60,565 nt of DNA from a virus (taxonomy: Duplodnaviria > Caudoviricetes), in IMG/VR virus record IMGVR_UViG_3300003690_000008, positions 1 through 60,565 of that record; one strand, written 5' to 3'. Each line of letters starts with the position of its first letter. Positions within the stretch are counted from its first letter, which is position 1. The translations under genes and the position numbers were made by a program. Of this stretch, positions 9,826 through 20,109 are shown piece by piece. Below the pieces are notes generated by a model, which was given only the letters and a program-made list of their open reading frames with translations, had not been told where the DNA came from and did not search any database.

Positions 9826-10074
9826 ATGGATTCAATGCCAATCGAACATCCAGAATGGACGGTGATTACAAACATCGTCAGTCCAGAATCCGGCAAATGG
9901 ATCGGTACGTGCTGGGAGTTCTTTGACGGCAAAGTCAATGCGCTAGAATGCGAAGAAAGGCACAAGGAAGCCGGAAACACGGTTGTGGTTATGCGTCCTT
10001 GGCATTACACCGACGCAAAGCACCTGGGCGCTTGCCATACCATGTCCCCTGTAAAGTTAAGTGATTTCCGCTAA
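9826..10074 (+). CDS. hypothetical protein
   Basis: ORF with RBS. Confidence 0.5.
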   Translation: MDSMPIEHPEWTVITNIVSPESGKWIGTCWEFFDGKVNALECEERHKEAGNTVVVMRPWHYTDAKHLGACHTMSPVKLSDFR

Positions 10075-10098
10075 GTCAAAACTCGAAAGGATTAGATC

Positions 10099-10770
10099 AT
10101 GTACGAAAAACTCACCGATCTCGCTCGCAAGGTCTTTCAGCACGCCAACAACGATGCCAAAGACCGCAACCACGAATACATCGGCACGGAGCATATTCTG
10201 ATGGGTTTGGTTAAAGAACCCAATGGGGCCTGTGTGATCCTGAAGAAAATAAAGATCGATATCAATGAAATCAGGAGCAAAGTAAACGAGTTGGTTGAGA
10301 ATGGAATCGAGATGGTAACCATCGGCAAGGTTCCACATACGCCACGCGCGAAAAAGGTTATCGAGTACTCCATGAAGGAGGCGAGCGACTTAAACCACAA
10401 CTTCCTTGGAACTGAGCACATCTTACTGGGGTTGCTGCGGGAAACAGAAGGCATCGCTGCCCACGTCCTAAAATCTGTCGGGGTGTTTGCGTCAGCAGTA
10501 AGGAGCTACATGGATACCAATCCAGAGCTTAATCCAGAACCAATACCATCCAACGAAGACAAGCCCATTAGAGTCGAGATACTATGGAATGATTCCGGAA
10601 CAAAAAGAATAGCCGAGGAGATAAAAGCAAGCCACGATTTCGACATGGTGAAAAACCTAAAGAACGCCTACCTGAATGGAGTGCGAGATACGCTCGTCGA
10701 CCTGTCATCCAAAATCAACAGTCTTACTTCAGAAATAGACGACATGTACAAAGCCCCAACCGTAACGTAA
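10099..10770 (+). CDS. stand-alone Clp N-terminal (double Clp-N) domain protein
   Basis: Two HEYIGTEHIL / HNFLGTEHILLGLL repeats and TPRAKKVIE; no AAA domain. Confidence 0.9.
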   Translation: MYEKLTDLARKVFQHANNDAKDRNHEYIGTEHILMGLVKEPNGACVILKKIKIDINEIRSKVNELVENGIEMVTIGKVPHTPRAKKVIEYSMKEASDLNHNFLGTEHILLGLLRETEGIAAHVLKSVGVFASAVRSYMDTNPELNPEPIPSNEDKPIRVEILWNDSGTKRIAEEIKASHDFDMVKNLKNAYLNGVRDTLVDLSSKINSLTSEIDDMYKAPTVT

Positions 10771-10836
10771 CAAGGGAAATGGGTTTACCGTAGTGGGTTT
10801 GACGAATCCTGCATCACCAAGTGGATCGACTGAATT

Positions 10837-11430
10837 ATGAAAACAGTGTGCGTAGACCTTGACGGGGTTCTAGCTGAATACGGCGGCTGGAAGGGGGTTC
10901 AACATATCGGAGACCCAATCCCCGGAGCCCGTGAGTTCATGGCGGCGCTCTATGACATTCCCATAAAATTATGCGTGTGGACAACTCGCACGAATCCTGT
11001 CGTCAATAAAGATTCTAAGCTTAGCGACCGTGAACTTTCATTTTTCGTAGACGACTGGCTCACTAAGCACGACATCATTTTTGATTACGTCGCATACGGG
11101 GCAGGTAAGCCCCTAGCTTGTGCCTACGTCGACGACAGGGCCGTCGTGTGCCGGCCAACGAAGGACGTGGAAAACCAGGACTACGACACGGCGCTGGCTA
11201 TGTGCAGGGGGCTGGCTGCTGGACATCCACTTGGGGCGCAGGGAAGATATCCACAGGGACCTGCCTACGAGGACGATGAAGGCAATCTTCATTTAACTGT
11301 GGTAGCAAACAAAGAGAAGGACATCGTAAGAATGGACTTCGGAAAGCCGGTGGGGTGGATTGGTATGAGTAAAGTAGAGGCAATTGAAATGGCAGGCATG
11401 TTACTCAAACAGGCAAGGGAACTAAAATGA
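10837..11430 (+). CDS. HAD-family phosphatase
   Basis: VCVDLDGVL, WTTR, KP..YVDD motifs. Confidence 0.8.
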   Translation: MKTVCVDLDGVLAEYGGWKGVQHIGDPIPGAREFMAALYDIPIKLCVWTTRTNPVVNKDSKLSDRELSFFVDDWLTKHDIIFDYVAYGAGKPLACAYVDDRAVVCRPTKDVENQDYDTALAMCRGLAAGHPLGAQGRYPQGPAYEDDEGNLHLTVVANKEKDIVRMDFGKPVGWIGMSKVEAIEMAGMLLKQARELK

Positions 11431-11849
11431 ATACGCTTGTACTTTGTGTCGGGCTTCCGAGAAGCGGGAAAAGCACCTGGTCAAAAGAGCAGGGCCATCC
11501 AATAGTCTGTCCAGACGCAATCAGGTTGGCGCTACACGGACAGCCATTTATTGGATTGGCCGAGCCATTTGTGTGGGCAATTGCCAAGGTGATGGCGCGA
11601 GCTTTGTTTTTGGCCGGGCACTCGACAGTGATTCTCGATTCCACGAATACCACAAAGAAAAGGCGCGACGAATGGAAATCCGATAACTGGATCAGAAAGT
11701 ACGAGATTTTCACACTTGGAAAAGAGCCATGCAAGCAGCGCGTTCTTCAGTCTGGCGCAACAGAAGAACATAAACTAGGGTTGATCGAAGCGATTGAACG
11801 AATGACTGACCAATACGAACCAATCACACCAGAAGAACAAGACACTTAA
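11427..11849 (+). CDS. P-loop kinase (polynucleotide-kinase-like)
   Basis: GLPRSGKSTW, CPDAIR, VILDSTN...RR. Confidence 0.85.
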   Translation: MNTLVLCVGLPRSGKSTWSKEQGHPIVCPDAIRLALHGQPFIGLAEPFVWAIAKVMARALFLAGHSTVILDSTNTTKKRRDEWKSDNWIRKYEIFTLGKEPCKQRVLQSGATEEHKLGLIEAIERMTDQYEPITPEEQDT

Positions 11850-11949
11850 TCAACACCTAACCAGACAAGAACAACCTGATTCCTTTGGTGGCGCAAAATC
11901 GAATAGTAAAAAACTATTTAATACCATATTTCGCGGCATAATACAACTA

Positions 11950-11976
11950 GCCACCAACCCCATGGTGGCATTTTTT
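11950..11976 (+). terminator. intrinsic terminator
   Basis: GCCACCA-6nt-TGGTGGC then ATTTTTT. Confidence 0.6.
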
Positions 11977-12131
11977 ATTGGGATTGTCAGTAACCCCCCC
12001 ATTTCGGTAAAATGCTTTCGAGAACCATTTACAGGGCTGTTCCACTGCCACCCGTTGCGGATTTCTCGCAGGCTGGGATTAGATACGTTCCTAGCCCAGT
12101 TAGGGTGGGGGTTTTATCGAGAGCCATCTAC

Positions 12132-12443
12132 ATGCCGGAAAATGTAAACCCCAGGCTGATATCTACGGCGGAGTGCGCTCGCCGTCTCGGGATCGATCCA
12201 CGGACAGCTAAGTCTTGGCGTGATTGCGGCAAGATCGTCTCAGTGATACTCCCCGATGGGTCTATAAGGGTCCCAGAATCCGAGATTGTCCGACTGACTA
12301 CCGGTACGGACTTACGTAAATATCTAATCGACAACGGATGGACGAACGGACAAGCCAAGGGCCTTTGGAATAAAGAAAAGAACTCAGATTGCGAAATGGC
12401 GGAAGCCATAAGCATCCAAAGGCGATGTGATTCAATCCACTAA
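12132..12443 (+). CDS. excisionase/MerR-like HTH protein
   Basis: LISTAECARRLGIDPRTAKSWRDCGKI...LPDGSIRVPESEI. Confidence 0.75.
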   Translation: MPENVNPRLISTAECARRLGIDPRTAKSWRDCGKIVSVILPDGSIRVPESEIVRLTTGTDLRKYLIDNGWTNGQAKGLWNKEKNSDCEMAEAISIQRRCDSIH

Positions 12444-12454
12444 GAGGTGACCCC

Positions 12455-13435
12455 ATGCCCCAATCAGCCCCGTCCCAGATCATCGAATCCACCAGCGCCC
12501 CAGGCGTCACTGACGACTCCTCGACGCTATCCGTCAGCAAGGGCATCTATTGGCACAACGCCACGGACGACACCTATTACGTGTGCCTTGACGCAACCGT
12601 CGGCGCGGCAACCTGGGTCAACCTGACTTCTCTGTCTATCGGCGGGACGATTGGCGGCAATCTGATAATCACCGGCAACCTGACTGTCACTGGAACCACC
12701 ACGAGCGTTGTCAACACGACCACGACCGGCACGGTGATAATAGACGTGGCCAACGCCGACGCGCTATCGGTGGGGCCTAACGGCGCGACCAACCCCACAT
12801 TACAGGTTGATACTGCCACGACCAGTGCGGCCACGGGATTGGCCGTGACGGGGGCTGCTGCGGCTGGTGGCGTGGCACTGACTGTGTTGAGCAGCGGGAC
12901 CAATGAGGATTTGAGTGTTGATGCCAAGGGATCTGGGGATTTGATTCTTCAAAACACGGGTACAGGTAATGTAGGAATCAATATATCGTCACCTGCGGAA
13001 AAGCTCCACATTCTAGGTGCTAATTCGGCCATACAGTTTAGTGGAGGAGGCCCGTATAGCTTAAAATCGGATGGTGCTTTGATTATAGATATTGACAGCA
13101 ACGACAATGATACTAGCAGTTATTTCGAGGTGCAGAACAACGGAAGTGACTCTTTGATGAGGATTGTTGATGACGGAAATTTCGGCATCAATATAACCGC
13201 ACCTACTGGTCAATTACACATAGATCAATCTTCTTCTAGTGGAGCAAAACCAGTATTACGTTTAGATCAGGGTGATATAGATGATACATTTGTTGATTAC
13301 ATAGGTACATCTGCGGCTGATGGTACTCGTAGTATAAGTTCTGACACTACAGAAGACTCTGCTAAATTTGGAGCATTCAGAGTTGAAATAAATGGAGTAG
13401 TGAAATGGGTTCGCGTATATGATGATCATTCTTAA
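12455..13435 (+). CDS. virion fibre-like protein
   Basis: Thr/Gly-rich; GNVGINISSPAEKLHI and GNFGINITAPTGQLHI repeats typical of phage fibres. Confidence 0.75.
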   Translation: MPQSAPSQIIESTSAPGVTDDSSTLSVSKGIYWHNATDDTYYVCLDATVGAATWVNLTSLSIGGTIGGNLIITGNLTVTGTTTSVVNTTTTGTVIIDVANADALSVGPNGATNPTLQVDTATTSAATGLAVTGAAAAGGVALTVLSSGTNEDLSVDAKGSGDLILQNTGTGNVGINISSPAEKLHILGANSAIQFSGGGPYSLKSDGALIIDIDSNDNDTSSYFEVQNNGSDSLMRIVDDGNFGINITAPTGQLHIDQSSSSGAKPVLRLDQGDIDDTFVDYIGTSAADGTRSISSDTTEDSAKFGAFRVEINGVVKWVRVYDDHS

Positions 13436-13450
13436 TAAGGAGAAGCGAAG

Positions 13451-14231
13451 ATGAAGACATTGGAGCTTACGAAGCAGCAGGCACGTCATTTGGTGATGAG
13501 CCTGGAGGGGAACGGCAATGGGTTTAACATCGGGAAACTTCGGAAGCTAAGTTCGTTGATTGACAAACTCTGCGAACGGATCACCGAATTCTCCAACGAG
13601 ATCGAAAGGATAGCGCGTACTAACTCGGGCGATAGTGCAGTTCGTGACGACCTTCTGGATACACTCACCAACACAGACGGCCAGGACCCGGTTGACTGCA
13701 TTCTTGAGGACGCCGAATACGATTTACTCAAGGAACTGTGGGGCACCTTGCAGTTCTCGGCAAACAGGCACGCCCGTATCATTGTGCTAAGCATAGATCG
13801 TGCGATAACTGGCGCAAGGACTCCCGAGAAGGAAGCCGAAAAAGAGAAAGTCTCCTAATATGCCTCCACCCACAAGACTCGACGAGACTCCCGCCGGATG
13901 GATTAGAGGTTCGTTTGGCGGTCGGGTTGTGTTTCTGATTGACAGCTTCTTGCCTCTATCCCGTGATGCCGAAACGATGAAACTGACGACTGAATTGCCG
14001 GTCGGTGACGTGGACAAACAGTATTGGGTCTTCAGTGTGCCGAAGAACTTTCTTCGCATCATCAGCGACGTGTTCACGGTGGTGCAGGTAAATCTGGCAG
14101 TCAAGGCATTCGGTTTCGATTCCTACGATGATGCCGAGCAGAAATACGAATACCTGGCAAAGCCTGACTCTGGAGTGCCTTCCGTAAAGCGGGGCCTCGG
14201 AGGATTGTTGCAAATCGGCAGAAAAGACTAA
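13451..14231 (+). CDS. two hypothetical proteins (13451-13858, 13860-14231)
   Basis: Consecutive ORFs; the first has an AAGGAG RBS and could be a fibre chaperone. Confidence 0.55.
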
Positions 14232-14248
14232 ACTTGGGAGCGTAGCAA

Positions 14249-15493
14249 ATGGCAACATCAAGATGGCTAGGTCGAGCGCTCGACGTGAAGCAGGTTGACA
14301 CTATAACTGTTGCGAATACATGGGCCACGGCGGACACCTGTACGATCACAATCAACACGCGAGACTTAGTTCTTACGGTTGGCAGCGATACCACCACGGC
14401 TAACGTTGCTCTAGCTATTCAGGAAATGATTAGCGGAACCACTCAAACTGGAACCGGCAATCATACCTTCTCTGATACCGGCGATAATATTGCTGAATTC
14501 AGCGAGCTTGTAGCAACCGTGTCTGGTTCCGTTGTTACTTTGACTGCGGCAACTGCTGGTGTTCCATTCACGCTAACTGTTGTCGAGGTTACAGCCGGCA
14601 GCGGTACGTCAGTCGAGGCCACGGCCACGGCAGCGGACGGCAAGAACTTCTACAACAACATCAACAATTGGTCTGAAGGTTCTGTTCCTGCGGCTTCAGA
14701 CGACGTGTTTATCGACAACATCGCCGTGAGTATCCTGTACGGGCTGTCTAATGCCGGCGCGACCTTGACTAGCCTAACCATCGGAAAGAACTTCACTGGC
14801 ACCATCGGCCTGCCCAGAACTAGCTCGGGAGGCTACTCGGAATACCGAAACGAATACCTTGCCATCGATTGCACCACAGTGACGATTGGTCGCGGACAAG
14901 GAATCGGCAGCGGTAGAATCAGGCTCGACTTAGGAACTGTTGCTACAACTGTAGAGATATTCGACACCGGCAGTGGCCTGGAGTCGAGTGACGGACTTCC
15001 TGCCATCTTGCTTTTGGGTAGCAATGCAGCCAACACCATTGAGATTCACAACGGCAGCGCTGGCATTGCGTACCTAGGCGGCGAGACAGCCACTTGGGAT
15101 ACACTTCTCGTATCTGGCGGCGAACTGAAATGCGGTAAGGGCGCAACCCTGGATAGTTCCGGCAGCGCCATCACGCAAAGTGGCGGCAGCATGGAGATCA
15201 ACTCCAACATCCTCGGCCTTACCCAAAAAGGCGGCTTTGCATTGTTCAATGGCTCGGGCACGGTCACTACGTTCACCCAGAGCATTGGTGCATCGATCAA
15301 GTATCTATCCAGCGGCACGATCACCACGCTTACATGTGCCGGTCTATTCGACAGTACCGGCGACTTGTCGGCACTGACGATCACCAACTGCACGGTCAAC
15401 CTGGGCGGTGAGATCGTTGACCGACCGGGCCTTGTCACCTACACGAACAACACCATAAAAGGCAGCGACGTAAGGTCCCTCCGGGCTGCCTAG
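14249..15493 (+). CDS. putative virion structural protein (beta-rich)
   Basis: T/G/S/A-rich; NWSEGSVPAASDDVFID followed by beta-helix-like strands. Confidence 0.65.
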   Translation: MATSRWLGRALDVKQVDTITVANTWATADTCTITINTRDLVLTVGSDTTTANVALAIQEMISGTTQTGTGNHTFSDTGDNIAEFSELVATVSGSVVTLTAATAGVPFTLTVVEVTAGSGTSVEATATAADGKNFYNNINNWSEGSVPAASDDVFIDNIAVSILYGLSNAGATLTSLTIGKNFTGTIGLPRTSSGGYSEYRNEYLAIDCTTVTIGRGQGIGSGRIRLDLGTVATTVEIFDTGSGLESSDGLPAILLLGSNAANTIEIHNGSAGIAYLGGETATWDTLLVSGGELKCGKGATLDSSGSAITQSGGSMEINSNILGLTQKGGFALFNGSGTVTTFTQSIGASIKYLSSGTITTLTCAGLFDSTGDLSALTITNCTVNLGGEIVDRPGLVTYTNNTIKGSDVRSLRAA

Positions 15494-15635
15494 TGGCCTT
15501 ACTCGCATACACACTAGTGCATATTATACACAGAAAAGTTGGCGAAAACTGACGTTTGGCAAGTCAGGTAACATTTTTCAACGAGACGTATAGACTTACA
15601 ACGAATTTTCCCCTGCATGTGGGGGATAGGGTATC

Positions 15636-16019
15636 ATGGCCAAAAACAACCCAAATGAGCACCATGAGCCACCACAGCTAGGGTTAGGTGGCGAGACGGT
15701 CACCGATGAGCCAGAAGCCGACAAAATACCCCCTCGGCCCTTGATGCCAGCGGGCACTCAGTTCGTGCTCTACTATCCACCCGAGTTTGAAACCAAGGCA
15801 ATGGAGATTTGCCACTCACTCTTAACTGGAAAGAGCGTAATGATACCATCTGTGCGTGATGAACACGGACGCAGAACGTGGGAAGTTTTACCGTTGACAA
15901 GTACCGGGCAATCTTGTACAAATACGGATCAAGCAGCGGCCACTATCGAGAGTGCCCGGAATCAGGTTAAAGAAATGGGCGATAAGGTGGCCAACTTAAA
16001 ATCATCGCCAGTAGCATAG
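15636..16019 (+). CDS. hypothetical protein
   Basis: ORF. Confidence 0.55.
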   Translation: MAKNNPNEHHEPPQLGLGGETVTDEPEADKIPPRPLMPAGTQFVLYYPPEFETKAMEICHSLLTGKSVMIPSVRDEHGRRTWEVLPLTSTGQSCTNTDQAAATIESARNQVKEMGDKVANLKSSPVA

Positions 16020-16039
16020 AAGAAGGAAACACGGGCGCA

Positions 16040-16696
16040 ATGGACTCGTCCCAACGAACGCCACGGATGCTCTATCGGCTCTGGTATCTATGCCGGGCTT
16101 GCAATGAAACCTTCTCGGTTTTATCTACTGTTCCCCCTGATGTTTCTCCGCGCGAGCATTGGCATCAGTGCGACGAAAACATTCATTACAAGTACAGAGA
16201 AAATCACCCTTGCTGGACCAGGGCTGGCTTGGCGGACTTAGTATCTTTGGAAGTAGAGCCAGTGAACCCACCCGCCGAAGAACCAGAACCACCAATGACT
16301 GGCGTAGAGCGGATCGCAAAGGAACTCAAAAGGCAGATTGAAGAAGATGGTTATAAACCAAAGGAGAATGACATGAAACCATTCACAGAAAACTGGAACG
16401 ACAAAGACGGCAACCCAGGCGGTGGAGTAGCATCAGGCCGAGGGTTTGCAATCAGTTGGCAGAACGGGCCACTAGGCTCAGACATAGAAGGCGCGGATGA
16501 CCTCGAACCAAACGGCGCGCAGGTAGAGGACGTGATTGAAGCGTTAATCGAAAGACTTAGGTTCTTTCAGGACAGTAAGTTTCATTGCACAGAAAACATG
16601 GAAGCGATTGAAGGCTTGTTGGCGGCAAAGGTGGCCCTTTACAAGCGAACTTCCGAACGCAAAAAAAGAGGCGTCGAAGGAAAATACGAAGCCTAA
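16040..16696 (+). CDS. protein with C-terminal Tad1/Acb2-like sponge domain (possible internal start at 16373)
   Basis: ISWQNGP...NGAQVEDVIEALIERLRFFQ.SKF.C.EN..AI..L......RT..R..RGVEG matches the Tad1 pattern from memory; AAGGAG precedes ATG 16373. Confidence 0.65.
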   Translation: MDSSQRTPRMLYRLWYLCRACNETFSVLSTVPPDVSPREHWHQCDENIHYKYRENHPCWTRAGLADLVSLEVEPVNPPAEEPEPPMTGVERIAKELKRQIEEDGYKPKENDMKPFTENWNDKDGNPGGGVASGRGFAISWQNGPLGSDIEGADDLEPNGAQVEDVIEALIERLRFFQDSKFHCTENMEAIEGLLAAKVALYKRTSERKKRGVEGKYEA

Positions 16697-16710
16697 TCAC
16701 GGAAAGAAAA

Positions 16711-17664
16711 ATGGACATTGCACTTAGGGATATGTTTGCTGGCCTTGCATTGGCTGGCGAGTTGGCGGCCCAATTTGACAACGAGACCAGTCGGCTGATG
16801 TGGGAAAAAGGCGATTACCAAAAACTAGCGGAGAGTTGCTACGACATAGCCGACGCCATGGTGGCTGAGAGAGAAAAGAAGGACAAAACCAACGAGGTGG
16901 TGATCCCCGAAGGTCCTACCTCTTTGCAGAAGAACTGCATCAGCTATTGGCTGCCAAAGCTCGCGGAAAACACAAACATTCGCATTCCAGAAACCCACAT
17001 CATGCGGACGGATTGCGAAATCGGTAGATGCCTCGAAGGCAACATAGACAGCCTTTCCTTTCAGACTTTTCTCAAGTCCCTCGGGAAACTCTGTGATCTG
17101 ATAGGCTACCCGTGCTTCCTTCGCACCGGCCAGACATCCGGCAAGCACGACTGGAAAGACACTTGCTGCCTAAATTCCAAGGGTAACCTCACGGGTAACG
17201 TCCTTGCACTCTCCGAGTTTTCAGAATGCGCTGGATTTATTGGACTACCATACGACGTGTGGGCCGTGCGTGAAATGCTTCCGACAGTCCCACTCTTTCA
17301 CGCATTCCACGGCAAGATGCCTATCACCGAAGAGTATCGTTTCTTTTCGATCAACGGCAAAATTCAATGCCGACATCCGTACTGGCCAGCGAGTTGCATT
17401 CGTGAACCGTCCGTGGATGATTGGAAAGAAAAGCTAGAGGCGGCATACGCGACTGGTACAGAGCAAGGTGAGGCATTTATGCAAGCCTCGCTGGCCATTG
17501 AGGCAGTGCCCGGTGACGACTGGTCGGTAGACGTACTGTGGACAGAGAATGGTTGGTACGTCATCGGCATGGCCCTGGCAGACCAGAGTTACCACGATCC
17601 ATCGTGTGTATTCGCGCCAGGCAAAGAAGAAATGGCAGAGCCTATTCCAGCACCGAAAGGGTAG
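16711..17664 (+). CDS. ATP-grasp-like protein with N-terminal small phage domain
   Basis: GYPCFLRTG.TSGKH.W, WAVREML, EYRFF, WSVDVL...GWYVI.MA. Confidence 0.65.
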   Translation: MDIALRDMFAGLALAGELAAQFDNETSRLMWEKGDYQKLAESCYDIADAMVAEREKKDKTNEVVIPEGPTSLQKNCISYWLPKLAENTNIRIPETHIMRTDCEIGRCLEGNIDSLSFQTFLKSLGKLCDLIGYPCFLRTGQTSGKHDWKDTCCLNSKGNLTGNVLALSEFSECAGFIGLPYDVWAVREMLPTVPLFHAFHGKMPITEEYRFFSINGKIQCRHPYWPASCIREPSVDDWKEKLEAAYATGTEQGEAFMQASLAIEAVPGDDWSVDVLWTENGWYVIGMALADQSYHDPSCVFAPGKEEMAEPIPAPKG

Positions 17665-17668
17665 CCGC

Positions 17669-18218
17669 ATGAACGAAAACGAAAGCGATCCAATATCGCA
17701 ACTTCTCAATCAAATACCATGCCCACGAGAAATGCGAAAGGAAATCCGCAAGAGCGAAATCGACACACGCAGGGCAAAATTAAGGAACACGATATTGCGG
17801 CACCTTCTTTACATTTCCGAGCTAATTGAAAAAGACCAAAAGGCACAGGAAAGAAAAAAGAAGGCAAGCGAAAAGGAATGACAGAATGGAAAAGAATGCT
17901 CAACAAAAAGTAGACCCTGCCGTTGCCGTGCATGTAGACGACGAAAGGGTTACGCACATCATCATCCTGCAGACCGTCGAAGTAAACGGAGCGACATGCA
18001 CAAGGGACGAGGCCGTGATGGAACTCCGCAACATCTTGCAGTCACAAAAAAGTAAACTTGGATTTACTATCTGCGGCTACAGGACTCTTGGCGAAGAACA
18101 CCGACAGTTTGAAGAGGAATGGGCCGAGAGAAAAAAACTAAAAGAGATGGGGCTACTTGCGAGGCTCAAAAGGTTCTTGTACAACCCCATTGGCAACAGA
18201 CCACCAGTACAACCATAA
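17669..18218 (+). CDS. two hypothetical proteins (~17669-17881, ~17886-18218)
   Basis: Consecutive ORFs; starts uncertain. Confidence 0.45.
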
Positions 18219-18229
18219 GTCGAGAAGCA

Positions 18230-19060
18230 ATGCCCAATTACAAACCACATCCAGTAGCCGACATCTTCCCTCTCATGGAAGGCGAGCCCTTCGATAGTCT
18301 CGTGGAGGACATCAAAGCCAACGGACTCTTGGACCCCATTGAATTGCTGGATAACAAGATTATCGACGGACGCAATCGCTACAGCGCATGCAAGAAGGCC
18401 GGCGTTGAGCCCCGATTCAAAGACGCCGAGTTCAGCGGCTCACCGGTAGCCTACGCTATGTCTAAGAACCTCCATCGCCGCCACCTAGACGAAAGCCAAC
18501 GCGGCATGGCCGGAGCCCGAGCATTGCCGCTATTCGAGGCCGAGGCAAAAGAGCGGCAGAAGGAACACGGAGGTACGGCACCGGGCAAGAAGAAAACACT
18601 TAGCGCCGCGCGGCCCCAAGTGAAGAAAGGCACGGGCAAAGCCGCTTCCCACGCAGCCAAGGCCGTAAACGCATCTGGTCGTTCAGTAGTACGGGCCACG
18701 AAGATACTCAAGACCGCATCTGAGGAAGTTGTTCAGGCCATTGAAAAGGGGGACCTCAAATTGTTTACAGCAGAAAGCCTTGTCACACTCCCAAAGGCAG
18801 CACAGCGCAAGGCCATTAGAGGCGGCAAGAAGGCCGTCAGTAAGGCAGTTAAGAAGGCTAAAAAGGCACCCCCAAAAACCAGAATAAATAACACCGAGGT
18901 TGCGCGTGAGGAGCTAATCGGCAACGCCCTCAAATCACTCGATACGATAATCCGAGAGATCAAAAAACGCGGGAAACTTAGCGAGAAAATACGTGGGAGC
19001 GCGACACGCAAACTCCAATCGGCAAAGGAGTTTGTAAAAGAGTCTAAGATTGTACTCTAA
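18230..19060 (+). CDS. ParB/Srx N-domain protein
   Basis: HPVADIFPLM...DIKANGLLDPI...IIDGRNRY...NLHRRHL. Confidence 0.85.
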   Translation: MPNYKPHPVADIFPLMEGEPFDSLVEDIKANGLLDPIELLDNKIIDGRNRYSACKKAGVEPRFKDAEFSGSPVAYAMSKNLHRRHLDESQRGMAGARALPLFEAEAKERQKEHGGTAPGKKKTLSAARPQVKKGTGKAASHAAKAVNASGRSVVRATKILKTASEEVVQAIEKGDLKLFTAESLVTLPKAAQRKAIRGGKKAVSKAVKKAKKAPPKTRINNTEVAREELIGNALKSLDTIIREIKKRGKLSEKIRGSATRKLQSAKEFVKESKIVL

Positions 19061-19091
19061 TCACCATCACTCAACGCAAAGGACCACCCCC

Positions 19092-20060
19092 ATGACCACG
19101 GACATCAAAGTCAAAGTTTCTCGGAATGGAAGCCGGAAGTATTTTATGATGTATTACGACGATCCTGTCACCGGCAACCGAAAGCAGCGATCCACCAGAC
19201 AAACCACAAAGAGCAGAGCCGAGAGATCGGCTGGAGTATGGGAATCGGAATTGAAGGACGCTGGTGTCGTCGAGAGCAAGACGTGGATGAGACTAGAGAG
19301 GATCACTCCCAAAAAAGCCAGAGAGTGGCTCGATGCAATGGGTCCCAACCGAAATATCTCCAAGAGGACGGTCAGTGAATACCTTGACGCCATAAGAAAC
19401 GAAGAATGGTGTGTCGATGGTAATACAATCAAGTTTGGGATAAACGGAGTCTTGATTGACGGCCAACATCGCCTCCTGGCTATCGAGCAATCTGGAGTTT
19501 CGGTTATGTCGTGGGTTTGCCGTGGACTTTCTGTCGCGGCCTACGATGTGCTAGATCAAGGAAAGGTACGCAGCACGGCAGATGGTTTTCGACGAGAGAA
19601 TGAACCAAACGCAACGGCTTTAGCCAGCGCCGTGCGGTGGATACACAACTACAGAGACGGGGTAATTCAGTCTAGCGGTCGATTGCGGCAAGTTGTAGCA
19701 AACAACCTTCGTGACGCACACCCTGGAATCCGCGAAAGCGTTTCATTCTGCGCGATATCTAGCCAGAGGAGAATTGTTGCTATAGGTGTGTCGGCGTGCC
19801 TGCATTACTTATTCTCAATAGTCGATAAGGACATGGCAGATGAATTTTGGAGAGGCGTCTTAACCGGAGAGGGGCTCAAAAAAACAGACCCGGCACTCAC
19901 ACTTCGCAACAAGCTCATCAATAACAAGATATCGAAGTCTACGATGTCGCAGGGGCACCAGTGGGTTATTTCCATTAAGGCATGGAATTGCATGAGAAGT
20001 GGACTTAAATGCAAGTCCCTTAGGGTTGGTGCCGAGGAATCGATACCGAAAATCATGTGA
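19092..20060 (+). CDS. ParB-like protein with N-terminal integrase-arm-like DNA-binding domain
   Basis: YFMMYYDDPVTGNRKQRSTR..TKSRAERSAG.WE; NRNIS...LIDGQHRLLAI. Confidence 0.7.
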   Translation: MTTDIKVKVSRNGSRKYFMMYYDDPVTGNRKQRSTRQTTKSRAERSAGVWESELKDAGVVESKTWMRLERITPKKAREWLDAMGPNRNISKRTVSEYLDAIRNEEWCVDGNTIKFGINGVLIDGQHRLLAIEQSGVSVMSWVCRGLSVAAYDVLDQGKVRSTADGFRRENEPNATALASAVRWIHNYRDGVIQSSGRLRQVVANNLRDAHPGIRESVSFCAISSQRRIVAIGVSACLHYLFSIVDKDMADEFWRGVLTGEGLKKTDPALTLRNKLINNKISKSTMSQGHQWVISIKAWNCMRSGLKCKSLRVGAEESIPKIM

Positions 20061-20109
20061 CACACCAATTCGAGAAGTCCTTTTAGCTAACTACAAAAGG
20101 AATCAATAA

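Noticed and set aside
19092-20060. Integrase
   Set aside because: Only an arm-binding-like N-terminus; no tyrosine-recombinase catalytic motifs
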